A DNA stretch of 64,000 nt from Candidatus Tepidifontimicrobium thermophilum (lineage in GTDB: Bacteria > Sysuimicrobiota > Sysuimicrobiia > Sysuimicrobiales > Sysuimicrobiaceae): the NCBI GenBank assembly GCA_031459915.1, contig JAVKHO010000003.1, positions 1-64,000 on the forward strand, given 5' to 3'. Shown here piece after piece: positions 47,140 to 56,801 of the stretch; within the stretch, counting starts at the first letter, position 1; each line of letters begins with the position of its first letter. The translations under genes were made by a program, and so were the position numbers. Under the pieces are notes generated by a model. It did no database searches. It saw only the letters and a list, made by a program, of their open reading frames with translations, and had not been told where the DNA came from.

Positions 47140-48381
47140 ATGGACGTGGACGCGGCCAACGACGTGGTGGTGCGGAGGATCCTGGATGCGCACCCTGTGC
47201 TGGTCGGCGTGGGCAGGGCCCTGGACGTGGTCCCGGGCATGCGGAAGGATCTCATCCTGCACGCGGGCCCCCCAGTCACCTGGGACCGCATGTGCGGTCC
47301 GCTTCGCGGGGCGGTTATCGGCGCGCTGCTGTACGAGGGCATGGCCCGGGACGAGCGGGAGGCCGTGGAGCTGGCGGCCTCCGGCGCGGTGCGGTTCGAG
47401 CCCTGCCACCACCACGCGGCCGTGGGCCCCATGGCGGGGGTGACTTCCGCGTCCATGCCCGTCTACATCGTGGAGAACCGCACGCACGGCAACCGCGCGT
47501 ACTCCAACTTCAACGAGGGGTACGGCCGGGTGCTGCGGTACGGCGCGTACGCGCCGGAGGTCCTGGATCGGCTCCGGTGGATCAACGAGACCGTGGCGCC
47601 CGCGCTCGGACAGGCGCTTCAGCGCATGGGCGGGCTGGACATGAAGGCGACCATCGCCCGGCAGCTCACCATGGGGGACGAAGGGCACAACCGGAACGTG
47701 GCGGGCTCCAGCCTCTTTGCCCGCCAGCTGGCCCCTGCCCTGGCGGACTGTGGCCTTGCCCGAGACGAGCTGAGGGGCGTGCTCCGCTACCTGGCGGAGA
47801 ACGACCTCGCCATCCTCAACCCGGTGATGGCGGCCTGCAAGGCCACCCTGGACGCAGCCCACGGGGTCACGGGGTCCAGCGTGGTCACCTGTATGGCCCG
47901 GAACGGCACGGAGTTCGGGATCCGGGTCTCCGGCCTGGGAGACCGGTGGTTCACCGCCCCGGCCCCAGTGCCGAAAGGGCTGTACTTCCCGGGCTTCCGG
48001 GAGGAGGACGCCAACCCCGACATCGGCGACTCCACCATCACGGAGACGGCGGGGATCGGTGCCTTTGCCATGGCCGCGGCACCCGCCATCGTGAAGTTCG
48101 TGGGGGGAACCCCGCAGGACGCCCTCGCCGCCACCCTGGAGATGTACGAGATCACCTTGACGGAGAATCCTGCCTTCGCCATCCCCCAGCTGGACTTCCG
48201 GGGAACTCCTACGGCCATCGACGTCCGGAAGGTGGTGCGGACCGGGATCACGCCCAGGGTCAACACGGGCATCGCCCACCGCGAGCCCGGCGTCGGGCAG
48301 ATCGGCGCCGGCCTGGTGCGGCCGCCCGTGGCGCCCTTCCAGGAGGCCCTCCGCGCACTAGCGGAGCTGGTTTCCCCATGA
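47140..48381 (+). CDS. DUF1116 protein (YlbE/AllG, YahG homolog)
   Basis: ILHAGPP, PCHHH.AVGPMAG, MGDEGHNRN, MARNGTEFGIR, PDIGDSTITE and NTGIAH motifs. Confidence 0.92.
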   Translation: MDVDAANDVVVRRILDAHPVLVGVGRALDVVPGMRKDLILHAGPPVTWDRMCGPLRGAVIGALLYEGMARDEREAVELAASGAVRFEPCHHHAAVGPMAGVTSASMPVYIVENRTHGNRAYSNFNEGYGRVLRYGAYAPEVLDRLRWINETVAPALGQALQRMGGLDMKATIARQLTMGDEGHNRNVAGSSLFARQLAPALADCGLARDELRGVLRYLAENDLAILNPVMAACKATLDAAHGVTGSSVVTCMARNGTEFGIRVSGLGDRWFTAPAPVPKGLYFPGFREEDANPDIGDSTITETAGIGAFAMAAAPAIVKFVGGTPQDALAATLEMYEITLTENPAFAIPQLDFRGTPTAIDVRKVVRTGITPRVNTGIAHREPGVGQIGAGLVRPPVAPFQEALRALAELVSP

Positions 48382-49892
48382 GCGCACCCCTGGTCCGGCT
48401 GCGGGGCGTGTACAAGCGCTTCGGGCCCGTGGTGGCTCTGGACGGCGCGGACTTCGAGCTTGCCGCGGGTGAGATCCACGGGCTGTTGGGGGAGAACGGC
48501 GCGGGCAAGACCACCCTGATGAACGTGCTGGCGGGGCTGTACCGGGCGGACGCGGGCGACTTGGAAGTCGCCGGCCGTCCCGTCAGTATCCGGGAGCCCC
48601 GGGACGCGGTCCGGCTGGGCGTCGGGATGGTCCACCAGCATTTCGAGCTGGTGGGCCACTTCACCGCCCTGGAGAACGTGATCCTGGGCCGGGAGGGAAG
48701 CGGCTGGCTCCGACGGGAGCGGCTGCGGCGGGAGGTGGAGGCCCTTATGGAGCGGGTGGGCCTCGCGATCCCCCTGGACCGGCGTGTCCGCGACCTCCCG
48801 GTGGGCGTCCGGCAGAAGGTGGAGATCCTGAAAGCCCTGTACCGCGGCGCGCGCGTGCTGATCCTGGACGAACCCACCACCCTGCTGACCCCGCAGGAGG
48901 TGGACGCGCTGTTCGCGTCCCTCCGGACGCTGGTGGACGCCGGTGTGTCCGTGGTGTTCATCACCCACAAGCTGCAGGAGGTCCTCCGGAGCTGCGACCG
49001 CGTCACCGTGATGCGGCGAGGGCGCCGCGTGGTCACGGTAAATCGGCAGGAGGCGGACCCCGTACGGCTGGTGGAGTGGATGGTGGGCACCGCCCCTCCG
49101 CCCCCTCCGGCCCGGGAGGCTACCCGTCCGGGCAGCCCGGTCCTGGAGCTGGAGGCGGTGCGGGTGGTGGATCAGCGGGGCGTGGCGGTCCTCGACGGCT
49201 GCAGCCTGGCCGTCTGCGAGGGTGAGTTGGTGGGCGTGGCGGGGGTCAGCGGGAACGGCCAGCAGGCCCTGGCCGCGGTGGTGGCGGGCACCGCGCGGCC
49301 GGCGGCGGGCGTGCTGCGGATCCGAGGTCGGCCCGCGGCGCGGCACGGGGTGCTGGACCGCATGGGGGCGGGGGTGTTGAGCATCCCCGAGGACCGCCTG
49401 AGGGACGGGATCCTGCCGCGGATGAGCGTGGCGGAGAACGTGATCCTCGGACGGCACCGCCTGTACTTCCCGGGTGTCCGCTACGACCCGGAGACGAGCC
49501 GTCGGCTGGCCCGCCACGCCATCGAGGAGTTCCGCATCGTCTGCCCGGGACCCGACGCGGCCGCGGGCCAGCTCAGCGGGGGCAACCTTCAGAGGCTGAT
49601 CGCCGCGCGGGTGTTCCACGCCGCACGGGAGCGTGAGGCCCGGCTGCTGGTGGCCCACAACCCCACCCGAGGTCTGGACGTGCCGTCCACCGAGTTCCTG
49701 CACGCGCGGCTCGTGGAGTTCTGCGGCAAGGGTGGCGCGGTACTGCTGATCTCGGAGGACCTGGACGAGCTGCTGAAGCTGGCGGACCGCATCGTGGTGC
49801 TGTACCGAGGCCGTGTGGTGGCGCAGTTTCCGAAAGACCAGTTCGACCGCTACGCCATCGGGCGGGCCATGACGGGGGGCGTGCTGGCTTGA
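48378..49892 (+). CDS. ABC ATP-binding protein, duplicated NBD (CUT2)
   Basis: GENGAGKTTL, LDEPT, LSGGNLQR and LISEDLDE motifs; ATGA overlap with the DUF1116 gene. Confidence 0.94.
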   Translation: MSAPLVRLRGVYKRFGPVVALDGADFELAAGEIHGLLGENGAGKTTLMNVLAGLYRADAGDLEVAGRPVSIREPRDAVRLGVGMVHQHFELVGHFTALENVILGREGSGWLRRERLRREVEALMERVGLAIPLDRRVRDLPVGVRQKVEILKALYRGARVLILDEPTTLLTPQEVDALFASLRTLVDAGVSVVFITHKLQEVLRSCDRVTVMRRGRRVVTVNRQEADPVRLVEWMVGTAPPPPPAREATRPGSPVLELEAVRVVDQRGVAVLDGCSLAVCEGELVGVAGVSGNGQQALAAVVAGTARPAAGVLRIRGRPAARHGVLDRMGAGVLSIPEDRLRDGILPRMSVAENVILGRHRLYFPGVRYDPETSRRLARHAIEEFRIVCPGPDAAAGQLSGGNLQRLIAARVFHAAREREARLLVAHNPTRGLDVPSTEFLHARLVEFCGKGGAVLLISEDLDELLKLADRIVVLYRGRVVAQFPKDQFDRYAIGRAMTGGVLA

Positions 49893-50923
49893 CCACGGAG
49901 GCGGCAGCGCGTGGCCGCTGGCAGGTGGTGTGGCCGTACGCGGGGGCCCTGGCCATCGCCCTCGCTCTCCTGGCCGCCCTGGTGGCCATGCTGGGAGGAG
50001 ACGCCGCCCAGGCCCTGGCGGGCCTCGTGCGCTCTTCCCTGGGCAGTGGCGCGGGGCTGGGCCAGACTTTCAATAAGACCACGCCGCTGCTGCTCGGCAG
50101 CCTGGCAGTGATCCTGGGGCTGCGGGGCGGCGTGTTCAACATCGGGGTGGACGGACAGATCTACGCGGGCGCGGTGGCTGCCACGGGGGCGGCCTTCGTC
50201 TTGTCCGCAGGGCCGAAGACCGCGGTCCTGCCGGCGGTGTTGCTGGCGGGCTTGGCGGGCGGAGCCGTGTGGGGCTCGCTACCGGGCGTGCTGCGGGCGC
50301 GGCTGGGGGTCAGCGAGATCTTCGTCACGGTCATGCTGAACTTCGTGGCGGTGTTCCTGGTGGAGTACCTGAGCACCGGACCGTGGAATGACCCCACCGC
50401 GGGGGAGGCCATCACCCGGGCCATTCCCCCGCAGGCCACCCTGCCCTACCTCTGGCCCCGCGCCGGTGCCCATGCGGGGATCCTCCTGGCCCTGGCGGCG
50501 GCGGCGGGGGTGTGGTGGTTGCTGTTCCGGACGGTCTTCGGCTACGAGCTGCGGGCTGCGGGAGACAATCCCTCCGCGGCGCTTTTGGGTGGCGTGCCCG
50601 TGCGTCGGGCGGTGGGCCTCGCCCTGGTGGCCAGCGGAGCGCTGGCGGGGCTGGCGGGCGCGGTGGAGGTGAGCGGGTTCCACTACCGGCTCATCCTGGG
50701 GCTTTCACCGGGCTACGGCATGATGGCCATCCTGATCGCGGTCCTCAGCCGGCGCCACCCGCTGCTGGCGGTGCCGGCCGCGATGGGTTTCGCGGCCCTC
50801 TTGGTGGGGACGGACTCCCTGCAGCGGAGCGTGGGACTGCCGGCCAGCGCGGTGTTCGTGGTGCAGGCGGTGGTGTTGTTGGTCCTGCTGGCTACGGAGG
50901 GCGTGCGGCGAGGTGGGCCATGA
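49889..50923 (+). CDS. ABC permease (CUT2, NupB-like)
   Basis: GVFNIGVDGQ, SEIFVTVMLN and GYELRA.G.NP motifs. Confidence 0.9.
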   Translation: MTTEAAARGRWQVVWPYAGALAIALALLAALVAMLGGDAAQALAGLVRSSLGSGAGLGQTFNKTTPLLLGSLAVILGLRGGVFNIGVDGQIYAGAVAATGAAFVLSAGPKTAVLPAVLLAGLAGGAVWGSLPGVLRARLGVSEIFVTVMLNFVAVFLVEYLSTGPWNDPTAGEAITRAIPPQATLPYLWPRAGAHAGILLALAAAAGVWWLLFRTVFGYELRAAGDNPSAALLGGVPVRRAVGLALVASGALAGLAGAVEVSGFHYRLILGLSPGYGMMAILIAVLSRRHPLLAVPAAMGFAALLVGTDSLQRSVGLPASAVFVVQAVVLLVLLATEGVRRGGP

Positions 50924-51858
50924 GCTGGGAGCTCTTCCTGGACCCCTCCCTGCTCCGCCTGGCGGTGGCCATGTCGGTGCCCCTGGTGCTGGCCAGCGCG
51001 GGCGAGCTCCTCATGGAGCGCTCCGGGCTGCTGAATGTGGCCATCGAGGGCATGGTAACGCTGGGGGCAGCGGCGGCGTTTCTGGCCAGCTTCGCCGCGG
51101 GGAGCACCGGGCTGGGGATGCTGGCCGCGGCGCTGTCCGGGGTGGTCGTGGCGGCGGTGTTCGCCCACTACGCGGTGGCGTGGAGGCAGGAGCAGGTGAC
51201 CGTGGGCCTCACCCTCTACGTCCTGTGCCTGGGCCTGTCGTCCCTCCTGTACCGTGTGGTGGTGGGCGTCCGGCTCACGCCTCCGCGGGTGGAGACCCTG
51301 CAACCGGTGGTGCTTCCGGTTCTGGGATGGCTTCCCGTGGTGGGCGAGGTGTTGTTCCACCAGCACGCCCTGGTCTACCTGTCGGCCGCCGTGGTGGCGG
51401 TGGTGCACCTGGTCCTCTTCCGAACGAGCCTGGGGCTGCGGCTGCGGGCGGTGGGGGAGAACCCCGTGGCTGCGGACACGGTGGGTGTGGACGTGTTCCG
51501 TCTGCGGAAGGCGGCGGCAGCAGCGGGTGGAGCTCTGGTGGGGCTGGCGGGTGCCAGCCTCCCCTTCACCCTGACGGGGACCTTCACGGAGGGGATCGCG
51601 GGCGGACGGGGGTGGATCGCCCTGATGCTGGTGATCTTCGGCCGGTGGACGCCGGTGGGGGCCGCCGCGGGGGCCCTGCTGTTCGCGTACGTGGAGGCGC
51701 TGCAGTTCAAGCTGGCCATGGTCAGCCGGGCGGTTCCGCCTCAGTTCCTGCAGATGTTGCCCTACGCGTTCGCGGTGGCGGTGCTGGTCCGCGCCTCCCG
51801 CGGTGCGCGGGCACCGGAGGCGCTCGGGAAGCCGTACCACCGGGAGGCGCGTGCGTAG
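50920..51858 (+). CDS. ABC permease (CUT2, NupC-like)
   Basis: GE...ERSGLLNVAIEG, GRGWIAL..VIFGRW and P.ALGKPY motifs. Confidence 0.92.
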   Translation: MSWELFLDPSLLRLAVAMSVPLVLASAGELLMERSGLLNVAIEGMVTLGAAAAFLASFAAGSTGLGMLAAALSGVVVAAVFAHYAVAWRQEQVTVGLTLYVLCLGLSSLLYRVVVGVRLTPPRVETLQPVVLPVLGWLPVVGEVLFHQHALVYLSAAVVAVVHLVLFRTSLGLRLRAVGENPVAADTVGVDVFRLRKAAAAAGGALVGLAGASLPFTLTGTFTEGIAGGRGWIALMLVIFGRWTPVGAAAGALLFAYVEALQFKLAMVSRAVPPQFLQMLPYAFAVAVLVRASRGARAPEALGKPYHREARA

Positions 51859-51884
51859 GGGACCAACCCGAAGGAGGTGGTGAC

Positions 51885-52865
51885 GTGCGAAGGCTCTTGT
51901 GGCTGCTGTTGGCGATCCTGGTGGTGGCCGGGCCCTCCGGCGCGGGTCCGGCCCGGCCCCGCATGGCCATGATCCTGCCGGGGGTGATCCAGGACGCGGA
52001 CTTCAACGCCGTGGGCTACCAGGCCCTCAAGGAGGTGCAATCCACCACGGGGGTGCAGACCGGGCACTCCGAGCAGGTGGCGGTGGCGGACGCGGAGCGG
52101 GTGGCCCGGGAGTACCTGGGCGCGGGCTACAGCATCGTGGCGTTCCACGGCGGCCAGTACCTCACCATCGTGCAGAAGCTGGCGCCCCTGTTCCCGGACG
52201 CCACCTTCATCATGGAGTCCTCCGGGCAGATCCCTAGCCTGCCCGGAAACGTTTGGAACATCGGCCGGAAGTTCTACGAGGGCTTCTACGTGTTGGGGGT
52301 CCTGGGAGCCCTGGCCACCCGCTCCAACAAGATCGGGTACATCGCGGGGATCCGGTTGCCGGACTTCGTTGCGTCGCTGAACGCGGTGTTCCAGGCGGTG
52401 GGCAAGTACAACCCCCGGGCGGAGGTCCTGTACACCTTCGTGGGCGACCAGAACGACCCCGTGAAGGCCCGACAGGCCGCGGAGTCCCAGATCGCCGCGG
52501 GGGTCGACTTCATCGTGATCAGCGTGAATTTGGGCACGGTGGGCGTCATCGAGGCGGCCCGAGCCGCCCGGCGGCCGGTGCTCCTGACCACCTTCTACAC
52601 CGACAAGAGCAGCTACGCGCCCCAGCACTTCACCACCTCCCTGGTGTCCAACTTCGGCAAGCCCTACGTGGAGGTGGTCCGGCAGATCCTCGCGGGCCGA
52701 CGGTCCGGCTACTACGAGATGCGGCCGGGAGCAGGCTTCGGGCTGACCCCGCCGAGGAACGTGCCGCCGGAGGTGTCCCGTCGGGTCCAGGAGGTGTGGC
52801 GGGCGGTGGTGCTGCGCCAGGAGCGCATCGAGGAGGTGACCGACCGCATCGTGGAGCGCCGCTAG
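51885..52865 (+). CDS. BMP family ABC substrate-binding protein
   Basis: PG.I.D..FN..GY, HGGQY and Y.GD.NDP.KA motifs; signal peptide from GTG 51885 after AAGGAGG. Confidence 0.88.
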   Translation: MRRLLWLLLAILVVAGPSGAGPARPRMAMILPGVIQDADFNAVGYQALKEVQSTTGVQTGHSEQVAVADAERVAREYLGAGYSIVAFHGGQYLTIVQKLAPLFPDATFIMESSGQIPSLPGNVWNIGRKFYEGFYVLGVLGALATRSNKIGYIAGIRLPDFVASLNAVFQAVGKYNPRAEVLYTFVGDQNDPVKARQAAESQIAAGVDFIVISVNLGTVGVIEAARAARRPVLLTTFYTDKSSYAPQHFTTSLVSNFGKPYVEVVRQILAGRRSGYYEMRPGAGFGLTPPRNVPPEVSRRVQEVWRAVVLRQERIEEVTDRIVERR

Positions 52866-52956
52866 CGGCCGGCCCGCGGATCCAGACCGCGGAGGTGGTA
52901 CGCTCACGGGAGAGGGCGTGGCCTCTAAGGTTGCGCCAGCGGAAGGGAGAAGCGCG

Positions 52957-54696
52957 ATGGCGGAGAGGAAGGCGCCGGGCCAGGTAAGCTGCCCGCGGTG
53001 CGGGAACTCGGTGGACGAGTCGGTGCTGGCGGCTTCCTGGTACGTGTGCCCGAACTGCCACGCCCACCTGCCCATGCCGGCTTCCCTGCGGGTGACGCAA
53101 CTGGCGGACGCTCGGTCCTTCCGGGAGTGGGACCGGGGCCTGACTTCGGTGGACCCCCTGCGTTTCGCGGACCAGAAGCCGTACCGGGAACGTCTGGCGG
53201 AAGCGCGGCACCTGACGGGCCTGCGGGAGGCGGTGGTGACCGGCCAGGCGTCCCTGGACGGCCGGCCCTTCGTGCTCGTCGCCTTCGACTTCCGGTTCCT
53301 GGGAGGCACCATGGGGTCCGCGGTGGGTGAGAAGGTGGCGCGGGCCTTCGAGCGGGCCACCCGGAAGCGGCTTCCGGTGATCGCGGTGACCGCTTCGGGG
53401 GGGGCGCGGATGCAGGAGGGGATGCTGTCCCTGTTGCAGATGGCGAAGACCTCGGCGGCCGCGGGGCAGCACCACTCCGCGGGGCTCCCGTACATCGCGG
53501 TGCTGACGAACCCCACGTTCGGCGGGGTGGCCGCGTCCTTCGGGGTGCGGGCGGACGTGCTGGTGGCGGAGCCGGAGGCCCTGGTGGGGTTCGTGGGTCC
53601 GCGGGTGGTGGAAATGACCACCGGCGAGCCGGCGCCGGAGGAGGCCTACCGGGCCGAGACGCTCCTGCAGCACGGGCTGGTGGACATGGTGGTCCCGCGC
53701 GGACAGCAGCGGCGGGTGCTGAGCTACCTGCTGCGGCACCTGCGCCCCGCCCCGGCGGGCCGCGCTGCCCGGCCGCAGCTGCCTCCCCTGCCGGAAGCCG
53801 CGCACCTGTCCGCCTGGGAGACCGTGCAGCTGGCGCGCCGCGTGGGCAGGCCCACGTCGGTGGACTACCTGTCGCGGGTGTTTGACGGGTTCGTGGAACT
53901 GCACGGGGATCGAGCTTCCGGGGACGACCCTGCGGTGGTGACAGGGCTGGCGGAGCTGGCGGGCCAGACGGTGTTCGTGGTGGCCCAGGAGCGGGGGCGG
54001 ACGGAAGACGAGCAGGCGCGACGTCGGCGGGGGATGGCCCTCCCCGAGGGCTTCCGGAAGGCCTGCCGAGTCATGCGGCTGGCGAGCAAGTTCCAGCTAC
54101 CCCTGGTGACGCTGGTGGACACGCCGGGGGCGTACCCAGGGCCGGAGTCGGAGCGGCGGGGGATCGCGGTGGCCATCGCGGAGTGTCTAGCCACCATGGT
54201 GGCGCTGCCGGTCCCCACGGTGGCGGTGGTGATCGGGGAAGGGGGCAGCGGCGGAGCCCTGGCCCTGGCCACCGCGGATCGGGTGCTGATGCTGGAGCAC
54301 GCCATCTACTCCGTCATCTCCCCGGAGGGAGCGGCGGCCATCCTGTACCGGAACGCCGGCCGCGCGCCGGAGGTGGCGGAGGCGTTGCGGCTGACGTCCT
54401 CGGATCTGAAGCGCCTGGGGGTGGTGGATCGGGTAGTGCCGGAGCCTCCGGGGGGCGCCCACACGGACCCCCAGAAGGCCGCGGAGCTGCTGCGGGATCA
54501 CTTGGTGGACGCCCTGCGGGAGGTCCAGGGGCATCCCCTGAGGCGGCTCCTGCGGGAGCGCTACCGCCGGTACCGGCACATCGGGAAGGTGGGGGCGTAC
54601 TGGAAGGTGGTGCTGCAGGAGGAACTGGAGGACCTCCGGGAGGGCGTGGCGCGGCGGCTTCGCCGGCCCGCTCCGAAAGTCCCGGAAGCGCCTTGA
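52957..54696 (+). CDS. accDA: Fused acetyl-CoA carboxylase carboxyltransferase beta-alpha (AccD-AccA)
   Basis: N-terminal Cys4 zinc finger, SGGARMQEG and GFVGPRV (beta part); ELHGDR, DTPGAYPG, GEGGSGGALA and YSVISPEG (alpha part). Confidence 0.92.
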   Translation: MAERKAPGQVSCPRCGNSVDESVLAASWYVCPNCHAHLPMPASLRVTQLADARSFREWDRGLTSVDPLRFADQKPYRERLAEARHLTGLREAVVTGQASLDGRPFVLVAFDFRFLGGTMGSAVGEKVARAFERATRKRLPVIAVTASGGARMQEGMLSLLQMAKTSAAAGQHHSAGLPYIAVLTNPTFGGVAASFGVRADVLVAEPEALVGFVGPRVVEMTTGEPAPEEAYRAETLLQHGLVDMVVPRGQQRRVLSYLLRHLRPAPAGRAARPQLPPLPEAAHLSAWETVQLARRVGRPTSVDYLSRVFDGFVELHGDRASGDDPAVVTGLAELAGQTVFVVAQERGRTEDEQARRRRGMALPEGFRKACRVMRLASKFQLPLVTLVDTPGAYPGPESERRGIAVAIAECLATMVALPVPTVAVVIGEGGSGGALALATADRVLMLEHAIYSVISPEGAAAILYRNAGRAPEVAEALRLTSSDLKRLGVVDRVVPEPPGGAHTDPQKAAELLRDHLVDALREVQGHPLRRLLRERYRRYRHIGKVGAYWKVVLQEELEDLREGVARRLRRPAPKVPEAP

Positions 54697-54762
54697 GCCG
54701 CAGGAGGACGTGGCTCCAACGGCGTACAGGAAATCCCATCCCAGGCTGTGGAGGTGAGGCAC

Positions 54763-55599
54763 ATGGCCTTCGACCTGTTTGACCTGCGGGGCTGCCGGGT
54801 GCTGGACCTCTCCCAGAACTTCAGCATGGACTCCCCGCCCTTCGCGTACTACGACGGGCCCACCATCAAGTGGGTGAAGAAGATCGCCTTCGAGGGGGTG
54901 AACGCCCAGCACATCTCCACCACCAACCACATCGCCACCCACCTGGACTCCCCCCTGCACTTCTACGACCCCGGCCCGGACATCTCCGGGATCCCCATCG
55001 ACCGGCTCGTGGGACCCGCGTGCATCGTGGACCTCCAGCAGTTCGGGATCGGGGACTACGACGTGTACGGTCCGCAGCACTTCGAGGAGTGGGAGCGGCG
55101 CACCGGTATCCGCATCGAACCCGACGACATCCTGGTGATCCACACCGGCTACCACGCCTACTACAACGAGGACTGGTCCCCCCACACGAAGGAGCACCAC
55201 CCGGACGCGGCGCCGGATCTCCCGCGGTCCTTCCTCAAGCATCCCGGACCGCGGGCGGAGTTCTGCGAGTGGGTCCTGGACCGGAAGATCCGCTGGCTGG
55301 CGGTGGACGCCATCTCCACCGACCACCCCTTCAACACCAAGGTCCGGGAGGCGCGCCGGGACCTGATCCCCGAGGTGGAGCGCAAGATCGGCATGTCCCT
55401 GGACGAGGCATTCCCCTGGCCGCGGGACTACCAGGCCACCCACACGAAGCTGTTCCCCCGGGGGGTGTTCCACGTGGAAAACGTCGGCGGCGAGATCGAC
55501 CTCGTGCTGAATCGCCGGGTGTGGGTCGGCGCCTTCCCCTTCCGGTTCAAGGGCGGGGAGGCGGCGTTCTGCCGCTTCGTGGCCTTCGTGCGGGAGTGA
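54763..55599 (+). CDS. Cyclase family metal-dependent amidohydrolase (kynurenine formamidase/isatin hydrolase-like)
   Basis: H..THLD.P.HF metal motif, HTG, D..STDHP and HVEN. Confidence 0.88.
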   Translation: MAFDLFDLRGCRVLDLSQNFSMDSPPFAYYDGPTIKWVKKIAFEGVNAQHISTTNHIATHLDSPLHFYDPGPDISGIPIDRLVGPACIVDLQQFGIGDYDVYGPQHFEEWERRTGIRIEPDDILVIHTGYHAYYNEDWSPHTKEHHPDAAPDLPRSFLKHPGPRAEFCEWVLDRKIRWLAVDAISTDHPFNTKVREARRDLIPEVERKIGMSLDEAFPWPRDYQATHTKLFPRGVFHVENVGGEIDLVLNRRVWVGAFPFRFKGGEAAFCRFVAFVRE

Positions 55600-55600
55600 C

Positions 55601-56794
55601 GTGCAACCCCTGGAGGACGTCCTGGTGGTGGACCTGACCCGGGCGCTGGCGGGGCCGTACTGCACCATGATGCTGGCGGACCTGGGCGCCCGGGTGATCA
55701 AGGTGGAGGCCCCGGAGGGCGGGGACGACACCCGCGGCTGGGGTCCGCCCTTCCTCGAGGGCGAGAGCGCGTACTTCATGAGCGTCAACCGCAACAAGGA
55801 GTCGGTGGCGCTGAACCTCAAGCACCCCCGCGGGGTGGAGGTGCTGCACCGGTTGCTGGAGCGGGCCGACGTGCTGGTGGAGAACTTCCGGCCGGGGGTG
55901 ATGGAGCGCCTGGGGTTGGACTACCCTCGGGTGCATGACCGGTACCCGCGCTTGGTGTACTGCTCCATCTCCGGATTCGGGCAGACCGGACCCTACCGGG
56001 AAAAGCCCGCCTACGACCTCATCCTGCAGGGGATGGGCGGGATCATGGGGATCACCGGCGAGGAGGACGGCCCGCCGGTGAAGGTCGGCGTGGCGGTGGC
56101 GGACATCTGCGCGGGCATGTTCGCGGCGTTCGGGATCCTGGCGGCCCTGCGGGTACGGGACCGCACGGGCAGGGGCCAGTGGGTGGACGCATCCCTGCTG
56201 GACGGACAGGTGGCGTGGCTCACCTACGCCGCCGCCAACTACTTCGCCACGGGGAAGGACCCTGTGCGGATGGGGTCCGCGCACCCGAACCTGTGCCCGT
56301 ATCAGGCGTTCCAGACGCAGGACGGATACCTCAACGTGGCGGTGGGAAGTGAGGCGATCTGGAAGCGGTTCTGCGAGGTCGTAGATCCGCGGCTGGCGGA
56401 CGACGAGCGTTTCCGTACCAACGCCGAGCGGGTCCGTCACCGCAACGAGCTGGTCCCGCTGCTGCAGGCGCGCTTCCGGCAGCGCCCCACCCAGGAGTGG
56501 GTTCAGATCCTGGAAGCGGCGGGCGTTCCCTGCGGCCCGATCTACACCGTCTCCCAGGTGTTCCAGGACCCGCAGACCCTGCACCGGCAGATGCGGGTGG
56601 AGCTGGACCACCCGAAGGCGGGGCGCGTCGTGGTCACGGGGGTGCCGGTCAAGTTCTCGGAGACCCCGGGGTCGGTGCGTACCCCGCCGCCGCTGCTGGG
56701 CCAGCACACACGGCCCGTCCTGCGGGAGCTGGGCTACAGCGACGAGGAGGTGGACCAGCTCCGGCGCGTCGGCGCGGTGGGTGTAGGCTCCTGA
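55601..56794 (+). CDS. Family III CoA-transferase (CaiB/BaiF, formyl-CoA transferase-like)
   Basis: LAGPYCTMMLADLGA.VIKVE, NRNKES, ENFRPG and catalytic VAD motifs. Confidence 0.93.
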   Translation: MQPLEDVLVVDLTRALAGPYCTMMLADLGARVIKVEAPEGGDDTRGWGPPFLEGESAYFMSVNRNKESVALNLKHPRGVEVLHRLLERADVLVENFRPGVMERLGLDYPRVHDRYPRLVYCSISGFGQTGPYREKPAYDLILQGMGGIMGITGEEDGPPVKVGVAVADICAGMFAAFGILAALRVRDRTGRGQWVDASLLDGQVAWLTYAAANYFATGKDPVRMGSAHPNLCPYQAFQTQDGYLNVAVGSEAIWKRFCEVVDPRLADDERFRTNAERVRHRNELVPLLQARFRQRPTQEWVQILEAAGVPCGPIYTVSQVFQDPQTLHRQMRVELDHPKAGRVVVTGVPVKFSETPGSVRTPPPLLGQHTRPVLRELGYSDEEVDQLRRVGAVGVGS

Positions 56795-56801
56795 GAGGGG
56801 C

